Assembly: GCA_963814845.1 (NCBI GenBank)
Contig: CAWFEP010000014.1
Coordinates: 84,993 to 148,992, forward strand
DNA from: an uncultured Actinomycetota bacterium
GTDB lineage: Bacteria; Actinomycetota; Actinomycetes; JAFAQI01
Length of the DNA stretch: 64,000 nt
Direction: 5' to 3'
Shown: positions 21,914-35,000 of the stretch, one piece after another
Position numbering within the stretch: position 1 is the first letter of the stretch
Layout of the letters: the number at the start of each line of letters is the position of its first letter
Notes under the pieces: generated by a model
Databases searched by the model: none
What the model saw: only the letters and a program-made list of their open reading frames with translations
Told to the model about the DNA's origin: nothing
Translations under genes and position numbers: made by a program

Positions 21914-22290
21914 GCCGCTCTGCCTCAGTGTCGGTCATCAGCCGCGAGCGGATCAGGAACCGGACGCCCTTCGGGCGCCTCGACCGAGAAGCCTGCGCCG
22001 CGCCCGGGGACGACGTCGATCGGTCAGATGCGTGTGCTTCCAGTACTCGAACTGGCTGACCGACATCCAGACCGGGATCGGCTCCGGCGAGCCGACGATC
22101 GAGGTCGCCGAGATGGATGTCGGCGTCGCCGGTGATGAAGTCGCCGTCCGGGAAAGCACATCGGCGACGAGCCGTCGCAGCAGCCGCCGGACTGGTGGAA
22201 CATCAGCGGGCCGTGCTGCCCGGTGAGGCGGCGGAGCAAGTCCGCCGCCTCCGGTCACAGCGACACGTCGACCTCGTCGACCGCCTCTGT
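21891..22290 (-). pseudogene. DUF779 family protein (ALDH-associated), frameshifted
   Basis: Hallmark HGPLMFHQSGGCCDGSSPMCFP lies in one frame (ORF 22024-22239). PVWMSVSQFEYWKHTHLT lies in a second frame and IDVVPGRGAGFSVEAPEGVRFLIRSRL in a third. It sits directly downstream of the ALDH gene, as is typical for DUF779. Boundaries are approximate. Confidence 0.6.
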
Positions 22291-22320
22291 CGCGACACTC
22301 CTCGCCTGGAAGACACCGGT

Positions 22321-23852
<1,532 letters not shown>

Positions 23853-23958
23853 GTGGCCTCCTGCAGCGGGGACGACGCAGAACGCTGCGCCGGATACCCC
23901 GACACTGCGCCTCGGAAGGTTGCAGAGAGGTTGCAGCCCGGCTCTCGGGCAGGCCGGG

Positions 23959-25260
23959 TCAGCCGCCGCCCAACTCCCGGTCGAGCTGGTCCAGATGGGC
24001 AATGACCCCCGCGCGGCGCGGTGAGCCCGATGGCAGCGCGGCGAGACAGGCCCGCCATAGTGCGATGTCGTCGTGGCAGTCAGCGTCCTGCGTACGCTCG
24101 AGCAGCAACGCTGGGTCACCGCGCTCGATGACGGCGGTCCGCAGGTGGGCACGCAATTCCTCCCGGATCGTCACGACCGCGGGCGCTTGCGAGGCCGGAA
24201 GAACCGGCCCTGGACACCGGCGAATCGCCTCCCGCAGCTGGCCATGGTCGATCAGGTCGTGGACTGCGCTGACATCGGTACGCGGCATGACTCCCAGCCG
24301 GTACGGCCGCGACATCAGCGCAAGCTCTGGGCATTGCGAGCGCAGCCGCGAAAGCTCCGCTCGGACGGTCACCGAGGGCGGGTCCTGCTCGTGGAGCAGA
24401 ACCGCAGCGGCATCGGCCGTGAGGCCCTCTGGGTGCTCAGTGAGGAGCAGCACAAGCTCGCTGTGCCGGGGAGTCAGCACCCGCTCGCCGATCGGTGTAC
24501 TGAGAAGAGCACGCCGCCGGCCAAGAACGCTCAGCCGGATGGTCGCACTCGACGGCCGCGGTGGGCCGGCGAGGCCCCGGCCGAGGTCGCGAGTCAGCGC
24601 GTTGACCGTCAACTCAGCCTCGACCGCGGCAACCGTGGCGCGGACCAGCGCTGGTGTCTGCGGCACGACCACAGTGTCATCGCCGGTGATGTCCAGCACG
24701 CCGAGCACTGCTCCGCTCGACGGGTCGTGAATCGGCGCCGCCGCACAGCTCCACGGCGCGACGTTGCTCGCGAAATGCTCGCCGGCGAAGATCTGGACCT
24801 CACGGTCGAGCGCGAGAGCGGTGCCCGGCGCATTGGTGCCGGCGTGCCCTTCGTCCCACCGGGCACCTTCGACAAAGTGCATGGCTTCGGCCTGGCGGCG
24901 CAGTCGGGCGTCTCCCTCAACCCACAGCAGGCGGCCGTCGGCGTCCCCCACGGCGACGATCAGGCCGGCATCCGTCGCGTCGCCGACCAGCAGCCGCCGG
25001 ACGATGGGCATCACGGGGGCGAGCAGGTGCTGGCGACGGACCTCGTCGAGCTCGTCAGAGTCGAGATCCACGGGCGGGAGGTTCAGCTCCGGGTCGACGC
25101 CACTTCGCAGGGATCGCCGCCAGGAGGCGAGCACCTCCGCCCTGACCCCGGCCGGAGTGTCACCGCTGAGAAAGGTGTCGTGGGCTCGGCTCAGGCCCCG
25201 AGCCAGCGGGCGCAAATCAGCGGGTTTCAGCCAGGGACGAGCGATTGCGCGCATCGCCAC
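23959..25260 (-). CDS. GAF-domain sensor / winged-helix-type transcriptional regulator (AcoR-N-like), intact
   Basis: 433 aa. The N-terminal half (...VAVGDADGRLLWVEGDARLRRQAEAMHFVEGARWDEGHAGTNAPGTALALDREVQIFAGEHF...PIHDPSSGAVLGVLDITG) matches the GAF sensor typical of actinobacterial regulators encoded upstream of ALDH/ethanol genes. The C-terminal half has LTPRHSELVLLLTEHPEGLTADAAAVLLH...VTVRAELSRLR. Confidence 0.65.
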   Translation of the reverse strand: MAMRAIARPWLKPADLRPLARGLSRAHDTFLSGDTPAGVRAEVLASWRRSLRSGVDPELNLPPVDLDSDELDEVRRQHLLAPVMPIVRRLLVGDATDAGLIVAVGDADGRLLWVEGDARLRRQAEAMHFVEGARWDEGHAGTNAPGTALALDREVQIFAGEHFASNVAPWSCAAAPIHDPSSGAVLGVLDITGDDTVVVPQTPALVRATVAAVEAELTVNALTRDLGRGLAGPPRPSSATIRLSVLGRRRALLSTPIGERVLTPRHSELVLLLTEHPEGLTADAAAVLLHEQDPPSVTVRAELSRLRSQCPELALMSRPYRLGVMPRTDVSAVHDLIDHGQLREAIRRCPGPVLPASQAPAVVTIREELRAHLRTAVIERGDPALLLERTQDADCHDDIALWRACLAALPSGSPRRAGVIAHLDQLDRELGGG

Positions 25261-25357
25261 CTCCTCGCCGGCTGCCTCGAGACTATCCAGTCGGGACCGA
25301 TCTGGTCATGCGCGATCGAGGGGCATCAGGTGCCTGCTGCGGCTGTGTGCTCGGGTC

Positions 25358-27643
25358 CTACTCGATCCGCCAGTGCCGCGGCGTGGCGAATAGGGAGTTC
25401 ATGGCGGCCACCGGCATCGGCCTCGCGAGGTAATAACCCTGGGCAGCTCGGCAGTTGAGACCCCGGAGGTGCACGAGCTGCGCTTCGGTCTCGACGCCTT
25501 CGGCCGTCACCCCTAAATCGAGTGCCGCCGCCATGGCGAGGATCGCCGCAACGAGTGCGGTGTCATGCGGGTCGGATCCCAGCCCGTCGACGAACTCCCG
25601 GTCGACCTTCACCGCGTCGACGGGGAATCGCTTCAGATAGCTCAGCGAGGAATAGCCAGTGCCGAAGTCATCGATCGCGAGCTCCACGCCGAGCGCTTTG
25701 AGACCCGCGAGGGTTCGGCCGAAGTAGTCGACGTCCTGCATGAACATGCTTTCGGTGAGCTCGAGACACAGGCTCCCAGCCGGAATCGACGTACGCGCAA
25801 TGACGTCGGCGATGACGGCGATGATGTCGGGAGCCATGAGCTGGCGAACCGACAAGTTGACCGCGACCGACATCGTCGGCTGGCTGTCGTGCCACTCGAC
25901 GAGCTGTCGGCACGCCTGCTCGAGAACCCAGGCGCCGATCGGCACGATCAGGCCGGTCTCCTCGGCGAGGAAGATGAACTCATCCGGACTGATCAGCCCC
26001 CGGACCGGGTGTTCCCACCGAAGCAGTGCCTCGGCGCTGATGATGACGCCCGTGGTCAGGTCGACGATCGGCTGGTAGTGCACCGCAAACTCGCCGCGCT
26101 CAAGTGCCCGACGCAAAGCTGACGTCGTCGAGAGCTGGTGCTCGACCTTCGATCTGAGGGCTTCGTCGAACACCTCGATCCGGCCACGACCGAGGTCCTT
26201 GGCGCGATACATAGCCGCGTCGGAGTCTCGGAGCAGGCTGTCAGCCGTGGCGGTGTCATCGGCGATCGCGATGCCGAGGCTGGCCGTGATGGTGAGCTCC
26301 TGGCCATCGACGAGGCATGGCGCTCGCACTGCATCCAGCACTCGTTCGGCGATCTGCTCGATCTCCAGCGCAGACACCTCGTCACAGACAACGACAAATT
26401 CATCGCCACCGAATCTCGCGACCGTGTCGCCGGGTCTGATCGCCTCGGCAATGCGCGCAGCGGTCTGCCGCAGCAAGCCGTCCCCTGAGGTGTGCCCGCA
26501 CGAGTCGTTCACGATCTTGAACTGATCAAGGTCGACAAAGATCACGCCGAGCTGCGAGCCCCGGCGCCGCGACCCTGCGAGCCCATGAGCGAGCCGGTCG
26601 GCCAGCAACACCCGGTTCGGCAGGCCGGTCAGCGCGTCGTGCAAGGTCTGATGGGCGAGCTCGCTCTCGACTCGCTTTCGCTCGGTGATGTCCTGGATTT
26701 GCAAGAAGAAATACTGCGGGTCGCCGGCCTCGTCGCGGACCAGCGTGACGTGGGACGACGCCCAGACGATCGCCCCGCCTGGCCGGACATATCGGCGTTC
26801 GTCTTCAAACGTGTCGTGACCGGCGGCCACCCGGGTCATGACCGCGAGCCCCAACGGCATCTCGTCCGGGTGGGTGTACTCGCTCCAGCGGCGACCGATG
26901 AGCTGCGCCTCGCTCTGCCCGAGGAACTTGCACACCGCCGGGTTGACCCGCATTGGCAACCCGTCAAGGTCGGCGATGATGCTGCCGATCCCGGCCTGTT
27001 CAAACCCGATCTCGAATCGGGTTTCGGCTGCCTCTCGAGCCCGATCGGCCTCGACCCGCTCGGTGTTGTCGCGAATCGTGCCGGCCACTTTGATGACAGT
27101 GCCGTCGGGTCCGGCTTGCGGGACCACACGGCCGTGCACCCAGCGCTCCTCGCCGTCTGCTCGAATGACGCGGTAGATGAGATCTGAGGAGATGCCCTGG
27201 CCGATCGCATCGGCCCAGACCTTGCCGAGCCGCGGCAGGTCGTCGGGGTGAACCATCGAGTAGAAGAGCTCGGCACTCGGCGGCAGCGCGGGATCAAGTC
27301 CGAGCACCCGGAAGTGCTCCTGCGACCAGACGCTTTCCCCCGACACGAGGTCCACCTCGAAGCTGCCGACCTGCGAGATGCGTTGGGCGTTGACGAGTCG
27401 CGCATGACTCAACGCGAGCGCCTGACAGCCCGCGCAGGCCGGATCGTCCAATCCGCCGTGATGCCCGCTGTCGATTGAGTGCCCTTCTGGCACTGTCATC
27501 ACCATCGACGCGACGCGCCTCGAGGCCTTAAATTCACGGATTGCCTCGCCGGTTGCAGGCACCGGCGTCCAGGTGGGCCGCCAGCAACAGGCCGGCCCCC
27601 GTACACGTACCCGCTCCGGCGTATCGCTTGAAGGCATCGACAT
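25358..27643 (-). CDS. PAS-PAS-GGDEF-EAL c-di-GMP signalling protein
   Basis: Two PAS blocks (…[14 protein letters not shown]…MVHPDDL… and …[25 protein letters not shown]…). GGDEF: [20 protein letters not shown]: [37 protein letters not shown]. The true start is probably internal (e.g. MVMTVPEG). Confidence 0.9.
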   Translation of the reverse strand: MSMPSSDTPERVRVRGPACCWRPTWTPVPATGEAIREFKASRRVASMVMTVPEGHSIDSGHHGGLDDPACAGCQALALSHARLVNAQRISQVGSFEVDLVSGESVWSQEHFRVLGLDPALPPSAELFYSMVHPDDLPRLGKVWADAIGQGISSDLIYRVIRADGEERWVHGRVVPQAGPDGTVIKVAGTIRDNTERVEADRAREAAETRFEIGFEQAGIGSIIADLDGLPMRVNPAVCKFLGQSEAQLIGRRWSEYTHPDEMPLGLAVMTRVAAGHDTFEDERRYVRPGGAIVWASSHVTLVRDEAGDPQYFFLQIQDITERKRVESELAHQTLHDALTGLPNRVLLADRLAHGLAGSRRRGSQLGVIFVDLDQFKIVNDSCGHTSGDGLLRQTAARIAEAIRPGDTVARFGGDEFVVVCDEVSALEIEQIAERVLDAVRAPCLVDGQELTITASLGIAIADDTATADSLLRDSDAAMYRAKDLGRGRIEVFDEALRSKVEHQLSTTSALRRALERGEFAVHYQPIVDLTTGVIISAEALLRWEHPVRGLISPDEFIFLAEETGLIVPIGAWVLEQACRQLVEWHDSQPTMSVAVNLSVRQLMAPDIIAVIADVIARTSIPAGSLCLELTESMFMQDVDYFGRTLAGLKALGVELAIDDFGTGYSSLSYLKRFPVDAVKVDREFVDGLGSDPHDTALVAAILAMAAALDLGVTAEGVETEAQLVHLRGLNCRAAQGYYLARPMPVAAMNSLFATPRHWRIE

Positions 27644-27724
27644 GTCCGAGGGCGGCCTGTAGACCCGTCGCGCTGCGCACTCCCCCTCAACAGCTGCCTC
27701 CTTTGGCCGTGATCAACTAGTGAT

Positions 27725-28021
27725 GTGCGAACGCGATGGGAATATCTGACCTTGACCTGGACCCACTCCGCGAGTGGGGCCGAAGGCGCGCTGCAGTTTG
27801 AGAGCAAGTGGCTCATCCGCCAGGGTCATAGCGGGGTGGACACCCCGCGCTCGGCTGACGATGCGCTCGTCGATGTCTTGGCCGATCTTGGCCAGGACGG
27901 GTGGGAGCTGGTCAACGAGACACTGCAGAGCGCTGCGCAGCTCAGCAAGCCCGGGTTTGCCAACTCGAGCACGCCGTTACGAGTCAGGTGGATCCTGAAG
28001 CGCCCGGTCGAGGCTCAGTAG
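27725..28021 (+). CDS. Small hypothetical protein, DUF4177-like
   Basis: 98 aa with a GTG start. WEYLTL... at the N-terminus and ...LADLGQDGWELVNE resemble the DUF4177 pattern (WEY...GxxGWELV). This is from memory only. Confidence 0.5.
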   Translation: MRTRWEYLTLTWTHSASGAEGALQFESKWLIRQGHSGVDTPRSADDALVDVLADLGQDGWELVNETLQSAAQLSKPGFANSSTPLRVRWILKRPVEAQ

Positions 28022-28047
28022 CCACCGTCGCACACCCGAGCGCGGGG

Positions 28048-28305
28048 CTACTCGCGGTGTTCACGAGCCAGCCCGCTTAACCGCCGCCAGGTCGCCGCGC
28101 TGAGGATCACCCGCCGGTCGCAGCACGGGCAGGAGACCGACAGCACCCGCTTGGCCGGCGACCAGTAGGCGAAGGACTCTGCGGGGATCGGCTCCCAGCA
28201 GTAGACACACGAGATCGGTGCGAGCCGTCGCAGTGATTCGACGGTCTCATCGGGCGCGATGAACGCAGGGGACGCGGTCGATCGGTCGTCAAGCAGATCG
28301 CTCAT
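28048..28305 (-). CDS. Small Cys-rich (zinc-ribbon-like) hypothetical protein
   Basis: Start chosen at MSDLLDD (ATG 28303-28305). Contains CVYC...(26 aa)...CPCC, a four-Cys arrangement. Confidence 0.45.
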   Translation of the reverse strand: MSDLLDDRSTASPAFIAPDETVESLRRLAPISCVYCWEPIPAESFAYWSPAKRVLSVSCPCCDRRVILSAATWRRLSGLAREHRE

Positions 28306-28541
28306 GGTGGTGCCGCCTTGAGGAAGGGGATTTTGGGGGCGGCGAGGAGGCACAAGGTCCGGACAGATCCAGGCACGCTTGGTGGCGCACACTCTTGCAC
28401 GAATTGCAGCAAAAGGAAACGCCGGCCAGCCTCAGCACGCGCACAGGTCTGCCTACCGGCGAGTCCGCGGCAGCAGCCCGCCTTCGTGCCGGCGATGAAA
28501 TAGGGTCCGGCCTGCAAATCGGGTCCGATGGAGGAGCATCG

Positions 28542-29126
28542 ATGGCACTTCGTCCATCCATTCTCACGCTGGTCGGAACCGCCGCGAGCGGACTGCTGCT
28601 CGCGGCCTGCGGAGCGTCGGGGTCCGCGTCACCGAGCGCGATCTCCACCACCACTCCAGTCGTCTCAGCGCCGGGGAGCACGTCGGCGTCGCCGCCGGCC
28701 AGCCCAGGTAAGAAAGGCCGCGCCTTCAACTCCTGCGCCGTGGTTACACAGTCCCAGGCCGCAGCTGCGCTGGGATCAAGCGTGTCGGCGGGCGTCCTGG
28801 GCAACGCCACGGTCGAGGGTGGACTTGCCTGTGTTTTCTACGGCCCGTCGGCGCCGGCTGACCACAACCCGAACCTCGCCCAGACCGACACGGTACGCGT
28901 CGTCGTGGTGAAGGGGCCAAGTGCGCAGAAGTGGTACAAGGCCTACAAATCCAAGGTGCCGTTCCGACGAGTCAGCGGCTTTGGCCCGGACGCTTTCTAC
29001 GACGGCGGTGCGTCGCTGAGCATTCTCAAGGGTTCGGAGTACGTCCGTATCTCAGTCCAACCGGTCGGGCCGCCGTCGCTCGCGGACGAGAAGAAGCTCG
29101 CGGCCGCCATCTTGCCCAACATCTAG
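28542..29126 (+). CDS. Lipoprotein (hypothetical)
   Basis: ATG at 28542 preceded by GGAGGA. MALRPSILTLVGTAASGLLLAACGASGS has a lipobox (LLAAC) followed by a Ser/Pro/Thr linker. Confidence 0.7.
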   Translation: MALRPSILTLVGTAASGLLLAACGASGSASPSAISTTTPVVSAPGSTSASPPASPGKKGRAFNSCAVVTQSQAAAALGSSVSAGVLGNATVEGGLACVFYGPSAPADHNPNLAQTDTVRVVVVKGPSAQKWYKAYKSKVPFRRVSGFGPDAFYDGGASLSILKGSEYVRISVQPVGPPSLADEKKLAAAILPNI

Positions 29127-29148
29127 CCTGCGCTTTCCGCCTAACTCC

Positions 29149-30165
29149 GTGAAGCGAATGCGAGTGGTCCTTGTGACCGGGCTCACGATGACCGCGGCGT
29201 GCTCATCCACCCACCACCCCATCAACTCACCGACCGTTGCCGCATCGTCAGTACGAGTTGGCATGCTCGCGTCGGCGGGTTGCACCGGCCCACGGACCTC
29301 GAAGGTCACGAATCTGCGCTTGACACTCGACGTGGCCGGAGCGACCCGCAACTACCTGCTGACGACGCCGGCGCCGCACGCCCAGCCCGACCCACTGGTC
29401 GTGGACTTCCACGGCTACGGCGAAGGCGCACCCACCGAGAGCCTGACGACGCAGTTCGGGGCGCTCGGGCAAAAAGACGGGTTCGTGGTCGCCTTTCCTA
29501 ACGGCACCGGCAAACCGATCGGCTGGGACACCTCAACGAAGCCAGGCAATCCTGACGTCCGCTACGTCGCGACGCTGCTCGACCACCTCGAGGCCACTCA
29601 ATGCATCGATGAGTCGCGGATCTACGCGACCGGGCTGTCCCAGGGTGCATTCATGAGCTCGACCATGGCGTGCGTACTGTCGAACCGGTTCGCCGCGGTC
29701 GCGCCCGTCGCGGGCGTGCAGCTAGCGGCCCGCTGTCCAACCTCGCGGCCGGTGCCGATCCTCGCCTTCCATGGCACTGCCGACCCGATCCTGCACTTCA
29801 ACGGCGGCATTGGGCGCAAGGTGCTCGCCGATGACCTCGCCACTCATCCCGAGCCACTGCCAAAGCTTCCCAAGGCCAACCTCAACGGGCCGGGCTATCC
29901 CGCGACCGTGAAGGCGTGGGCAGCGAAGGACGGCTGCGGGACCACTCCAACCGACACGCGGATCTCGCCGCACGTCATCCATCGGGTCTATCCCTGCCCG
30001 CCCGGTGTCGCGGTGGACTTCGACATCATCGTTGGCGGCGGCCACAGCTGGCCCGGCAGCGCGATTAGCGCGGAAATCGCGCCGTTCGTCGGCCCCACCA
30101 CCATGGAAATCAACGCCACAGCAGCGATCTGGGCCTTCTTCCAGCAGTTTCACCTCAGCCCCTGA
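29149..30165 (+). CDS. PHB-depolymerase-family esterase / LpqC-like alpha/beta hydrolase lipoprotein
   Basis: Lipobox LTMTAAC. Also ...DPLVVDFHGYGEGA...GFVVAFPNGTGKPIGWDT...DVRYVATLLDHLE...RIYATGLSQGAFMS (GxSxG nucleophile elbow) ...ILAFHGTADP. Confidence 0.8.
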   Translation: MKRMRVVLVTGLTMTAACSSTHHPINSPTVAASSVRVGMLASAGCTGPRTSKVTNLRLTLDVAGATRNYLLTTPAPHAQPDPLVVDFHGYGEGAPTESLTTQFGALGQKDGFVVAFPNGTGKPIGWDTSTKPGNPDVRYVATLLDHLEATQCIDESRIYATGLSQGAFMSSTMACVLSNRFAAVAPVAGVQLAARCPTSRPVPILAFHGTADPILHFNGGIGRKVLADDLATHPEPLPKLPKANLNGPGYPATVKAWAAKDGCGTTPTDTRISPHVIHRVYPCPPGVAVDFDIIVGGGHSWPGSAISAEIAPFVGPTTMEINATAAIWAFFQQFHLSP

Positions 30166-30253
30166 CCCCGCATCACCGCGAAATTCTTGCAGCGTCAGGG
30201 CCGTGCCAGCGCGGTGTGCGCGGGGTGACAGGGCCGACGGCGACTATCGATCC

Positions 30254-31213
30254 ATGACATACGCGATCGAAGCCGAAAGCCTCACCAAGCGGTTCGGCAC
30301 CACTCTCGCCCTTGACGGCATCAACCTCGCCGCGCGGCAGGGATCCGTGCTTGGCGTGCTCGGCCCGAATGGCGCCGGCAAGACGACCGCAGTGCGGATC
30401 CTGGCGACACTGCTTCGCGCCGACGGTGGCAGCGCGCGGGTCAACGGTCTCGACGTGGTTCGCGACGCGCACGCCGTCCGGCAGCAGATTGGCCTCACCG
30501 GTCAGTACGCCTCAGTGGACGAGGACTTGACAGGTACCCAGAACCTCGTGTTGATCGGTCAGCTGCTCGACCTCAGCGGGCGTGACGCCCGTGCCCGTGC
30601 TGCCGAGCTGCTGGCGTGGTTCGACCTGACCGAGGCTGCTGGCCGGACGGCAAAGACCTACTCCGGCGGCATGCGTCGGCGCCTCGATCTGGCGGCCTCC
30701 CTCGTCGGTCGGCCGGCAGTGATCTTCCTGGATGAGCCGACTACCGGGCTCGACCCTGCGAAGCGCGAGGACATGTGGGACGTGGTCCGGGGGTTGGTGA
30801 CCGAAGGCTCGACCGTCCTGCTCACCACGCAGTATCTCGACGAAGCCGACGCGTTGGCCGACGAGATCACCGTGATCGACCACGGCCGGGTCATCGCGCA
30901 TGACACACCCGACGGTCTCAAACGGATCGTCGGTGGGCAGACGTTGATGATCAGACCGGCCGACCCCAGCCGCCTCGACGAGGTCGCGACGATCCTGCAC
31001 AACATCGCGGGCTCAGTCCCTGAGTCAGCGGCACGCGGCGTCCTCAGCGCGCCGGTGCAGAGCGACGCGGCCCTAGGTGCTGCGGTGGTCCAGCTCGCCG
31101 CAAACGGCATCGCCGTCACCGAGCTGTCCCTGCATCTACCCAGCCTCGACGAGGTCTTCTTCACCCTCACGGGCACGCGCACCTCGGATGAGAGAGAGGA
31201 GGACGCCGCATGA
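30254..31213 (+). CDS. ABC transporter ATP-binding protein, DrrA-like (ABC-2 exporter ATPase)
   Basis: MTYAIEAESLTKRFGTTLALDGINLAARQGSVLGVLGPNGAGKTT, YSGGMRRRLDLAASL, IFLDEPTTGLDP. The start was moved to the ATG at 30254. The stop overlaps the next start (ATGA). Confidence 0.9.
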   Translation: MTYAIEAESLTKRFGTTLALDGINLAARQGSVLGVLGPNGAGKTTAVRILATLLRADGGSARVNGLDVVRDAHAVRQQIGLTGQYASVDEDLTGTQNLVLIGQLLDLSGRDARARAAELLAWFDLTEAAGRTAKTYSGGMRRRLDLAASLVGRPAVIFLDEPTTGLDPAKREDMWDVVRGLVTEGSTVLLTTQYLDEADALADEITVIDHGRVIAHDTPDGLKRIVGGQTLMIRPADPSRLDEVATILHNIAGSVPESAARGVLSAPVQSDAALGAAVVQLAANGIAVTELSLHLPSLDEVFFTLTGTRTSDEREEDAA

Positions 31214-32055
31214 GCATCGACACTGCAGTGGCTACACCACCGGAGCAGCGTGACGTCATGGCCGTGACATCGGCTTCACCCACGAGTTCGGTGCTGCCCC
31301 GCAACCTCCGGCACGCCTTAGTGGTCGCCCGACGCAATCTGATCAAGACCATGCGCACGCCGGAGCAGCTGGTCGACGTCACGCTGCAGCCGATCATCTT
31401 CCTGCTGCTGTTCACGTACATCTTTGGTGGCGCGATCGGAGGCGGTTCGCAGCATCAATACCTGCAATACCTGCTGCCCGGCCTGCTCGGCCAGTCGATC
31501 GCGATGGGGAGCATCTCCCTCGGCCAAAACCTCAACGCCGACATCGAGAAGGGTGTCTTCGACCGCTTCCGATCCCTGCCGATCGCACGATCGGTACCTC
31601 TGGTCGGCGCGGTCCTCGCCGACTTCATCCGATACCTCCTGCTCTGCGTGATCTTCCTCGGCTTCGGCTACGTGATTGGCTTTCGGGTCATGACGAACCC
31701 GTTGTCAGCCGCCGCTGCGCTCGGTCTTGCGATCGCGTTCGCGCTGTGCTTCTGCTGGGTCTCGGTGTTTGTCGGCATGAAGGCCCGGACGTCAGGATCG
31801 GTGCAGGGCATCATGTTCTTGCTCGTGCTGCCGCTGTCGTTCGCGAGCAACACCTTCGTGAAGGTCTCGACTATGCCGGGGTGGATGCAGGCGTTTGTGA
31901 AGGTGAACCCGATCTCTCACCTCGTCGCCACGACTCGTGGCTTGATGCTCGGTGGGCCGATCGCCTCAAACCTGGCCTGGACCCTCGGCTGGATGGTCGC
32001 GCTGCTCGTGATCTTCGTGCCGCTGGCACTTCGCGGCTACAACCGCAGGGCCTGA
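31210..32055 (+). CDS. ABC-2 type transporter permease (DrrB-like)
   Basis: 281 aa with six hydrophobic segments. The N-terminal ...ARRNLIKTMRTPEQLVDVTLQPIIFLLLFTYIFGGAI is typical of ABC2_membrane proteins. Confidence 0.9.
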   Translation: MSIDTAVATPPEQRDVMAVTSASPTSSVLPRNLRHALVVARRNLIKTMRTPEQLVDVTLQPIIFLLLFTYIFGGAIGGGSQHQYLQYLLPGLLGQSIAMGSISLGQNLNADIEKGVFDRFRSLPIARSVPLVGAVLADFIRYLLLCVIFLGFGYVIGFRVMTNPLSAAAALGLAIAFALCFCWVSVFVGMKARTSGSVQGIMFLLVLPLSFASNTFVKVSTMPGWMQAFVKVNPISHLVATTRGLMLGGPIASNLAWTLGWMVALLVIFVPLALRGYNRRA

Positions 32056-32056
32056 T

Positions 32057-35000
32057 CTACCGCGCTGGTGCCGGGTCGCACAACTCCGCCGGATTCACTG
32101 CAGCGATGGCCGCCGCGCGACTGAGGCCAGAACCGCTGAGGTAGTCAACGGCGTACTTCCCGCCCGGTAGGTCGTCGAGGCTGGCGTTGAGCGCGGCGAT
32201 GTCGAGGTTGGTCAGGTCGGCCGCACCTCGCAGTTGTGCAGCGGCGCCGAGGATTGCGGCGGCGCCAGCAGGGTCTCCACTTCGTTCGGCAAGCATCGCG
32301 ACCGCCACCGCGACACCGGCAACAATCGGCATGTCCTTGGTCTCCACCGCGTAGTGGTACGCCTCGACCAGTCGAGCTTTCGCAGCCGGAAGGTCACCAT
32401 CGGCAACATCGATCTTCGCGGCGGTGGCGAGCATGACCGCCATCCCGTGACCCAGGATTGGGTGGACCTGTGGCAGTCGCCCGAGTCGTTGCAATGACTC
32501 GTCCCGCATCCGTCTCGCCGCCTCGAGATCCCCCGCAACTCGCGCGATCTCCACCCGGATGATCTCCGTGAAGATCGACTCGATGGACGACCCGGCTCGC
32601 TGGGTTGCCTGGTGCGCCAACCGGGCATGTTCGGCAGCGCCGACAGGATCTCCCTGCCGAGCCACGATGTCGGCCAGCCGCAACCGCATGAAGGCCAGGT
32701 CCTCTCGCGCACCGATCACCTCTGCCAGCTCCAGTGCCTCCAGGTACGCGGCCGCGGCGGCGTCGAGATTGCCCTCCATCAGCTCTAGCTGGCCCAGCAC
32801 TTGCAGGCTGTTGGCCATCCCCCATCGCTCGCCGAGAGCGCGGAAGGCCGCCAGCGATAGTTCGGCGTCCTTCCGCATCCCCTCGGCGTCGCCGACGTTC
32901 TCCGCGATCGATGCCCGGAACGTGCGTACCGCCGCGACCATCCACGGGTCGTCGTTGTTCAGCGCCGCCTCGATGAGGCGGGCGCCGCGCTCGTCGTCGC
33001 CGACGAATATCGCGATGATCGGCGTGAGCAGCGACAGCATCGGGGGTGCATCCTCGCCGAGGGCTTCCATCCGGGAGCTGACGTCGGCGAGATACGTCAT
33101 GCCGGCGGCAACCTCATCGTGGCTCCCCTTGACCTCCCAGGCGAGGGTGTTGATCGCGAGGAACGCCTCGGCCATCAGCCGTTGCCCTGGGTCGGGGTTT
33201 CCGGCGATGTCCAAGGCGTAGCTCACCCAGGTGACGATTTCGCCGTGGTTGCCGAGAGTCATCCAGTACCACCCGAGCAGGTTGACGAGCGCGAGCGCCG
33301 CCGCCGCGTTCTCCTCGTCACTGAAGTACTTCAAGGCCGCCAGGATGTTGTCGCGCTCGATGGCCAGTGTGGCCATCCACTCCAACTGCTCGGCAGACCG
33401 CAGGTGCGGATCGGCCTCCGCGACGAGCGCGGCGTAGTACGCGGCGTGAGCGGCTCGCAGTTGACCGACCTCGTTGCGCTCGGCCATCCGCTCCAAGCCG
33501 AACTCGCGGATCGTCTCGAGCATCCGGTAGCGCGGCTCAGTCCCTGACGAGGTCGCGACATGGAGCAGTGACTTGTCGACGAGCGAGGCGAGCAAGTCGT
33601 CGAGATCATCGAGGCGCAGCACACCGCGGCCGCGGCACGTGGTGTCACTCCCCCGCTGAAGACGGCAAGCCGTTCGGCAAGCACTCGCTCCTGCTCGCCG
33701 AGCAGGTCCCAACTCCACTCGACGACGGCGCGCAGCGTGCGATGCCGCGGCATCGCGGTACGGCTGCCGCCCGTTAGCAGGCGGAAGCGGTCGGAGAGCC
33801 GGCTGGCGACCTCAGCCACCGGCAGCGAACGCAACCGCGCCGCGGCGAGCTCGATCGCTAGCGGCAGCCCGTCGAGGCGCCGGACAATCTCGATCACCGC
33901 AGCTGCGGTCGAGTCGTCAACCTCAAAGCCTGGCTGTACCGCGACGGCGCGATCGGCAAACAACCGGACTGCTGGGCAGGCGAGAGCCTCGGCAGCGGTC
34001 GCGGTCGGCTCTGGCTGGCTGAGCGGGGGCACCACGACCAGCGACTCGCCGATGATGCCGAGCGGCTCCCGGCTGGTCGCGAGGATGCGTAGCCGAGGGC
34101 AGCGAGCAAGCAGTTGATCGGCGAGCTGTGCCGCTGCGTCGATCAGGTGCTCGCAGTTGTCAAGCAGCAGGATCACCGACTGCTCTGACAGCGCATCAAT
34201 TAGGCGGCTCACCGCATCGCGGGGCGTCATGAGCCCGGGCCGCTCGAGCAGCACGGCCTCACGTAGGCCGAGTGAGCCAAGCACCGTCTGCGGCACGTCT
34301 GCCGGGTCGGTGACCGGGGCGAGCTCGGCGAGCCAGACGCCGTCGGCGGCCGAGTCAACGAGCGTGGCTGCTGCCTCGCCGGCCAACCGCGTCTTGCCGG
34401 CTCCGCCCGGTCCGACGAGGGTGACGAGACGGCCGTTCGTGAGCAGCGCGCCGATCTGGTCGACCTGCTTATCTCGGCCGACGAAGCTGGTGAGGCTCGC
34501 GCGCAGGTTGTGAGGGCTCGCCGCGCGCGCCCGCGTGCGGATCGAGTCTCCCCGAAGCACCCTGAGGTGGATCGCCTGCAGCTCCGTCGAGGGATCGATG
34601 CCGAGCTCATCTGCTAGCCGGGCGCGGGCACACTCGTATGCGTTGAGCGCGTCGGCCTGGCGACCCGCCGCCGACAACGCCTCGACAAGCAGCGCGACGA
34701 AGCGCTCGCGAAGCGGATGAGCTGCGACAAGCGACTCAAGCTCTGACACGACGTCTGTTGCGGCGCCAAGCTCGAGCTGTGCCTCGATCAGGTCCGCGCG
34801 CGCATCGAGTCGCTGTTCGTCGAGGCGCGCGAGCAGCCCGTGGATCTGGCCACCATCGGTTGCCTCGAGGGCGTCGCCGCGCCACAGGGCGAGCGCCTCG
34901 GTCAAGATCGCACGGGCGCTGTCTGGATTGCCGGCACGAAGGGCATCCCGGCCGCCCCTGCTCAGTCGTTCGAATTCATGGACATCGACGTCAGTGGCCT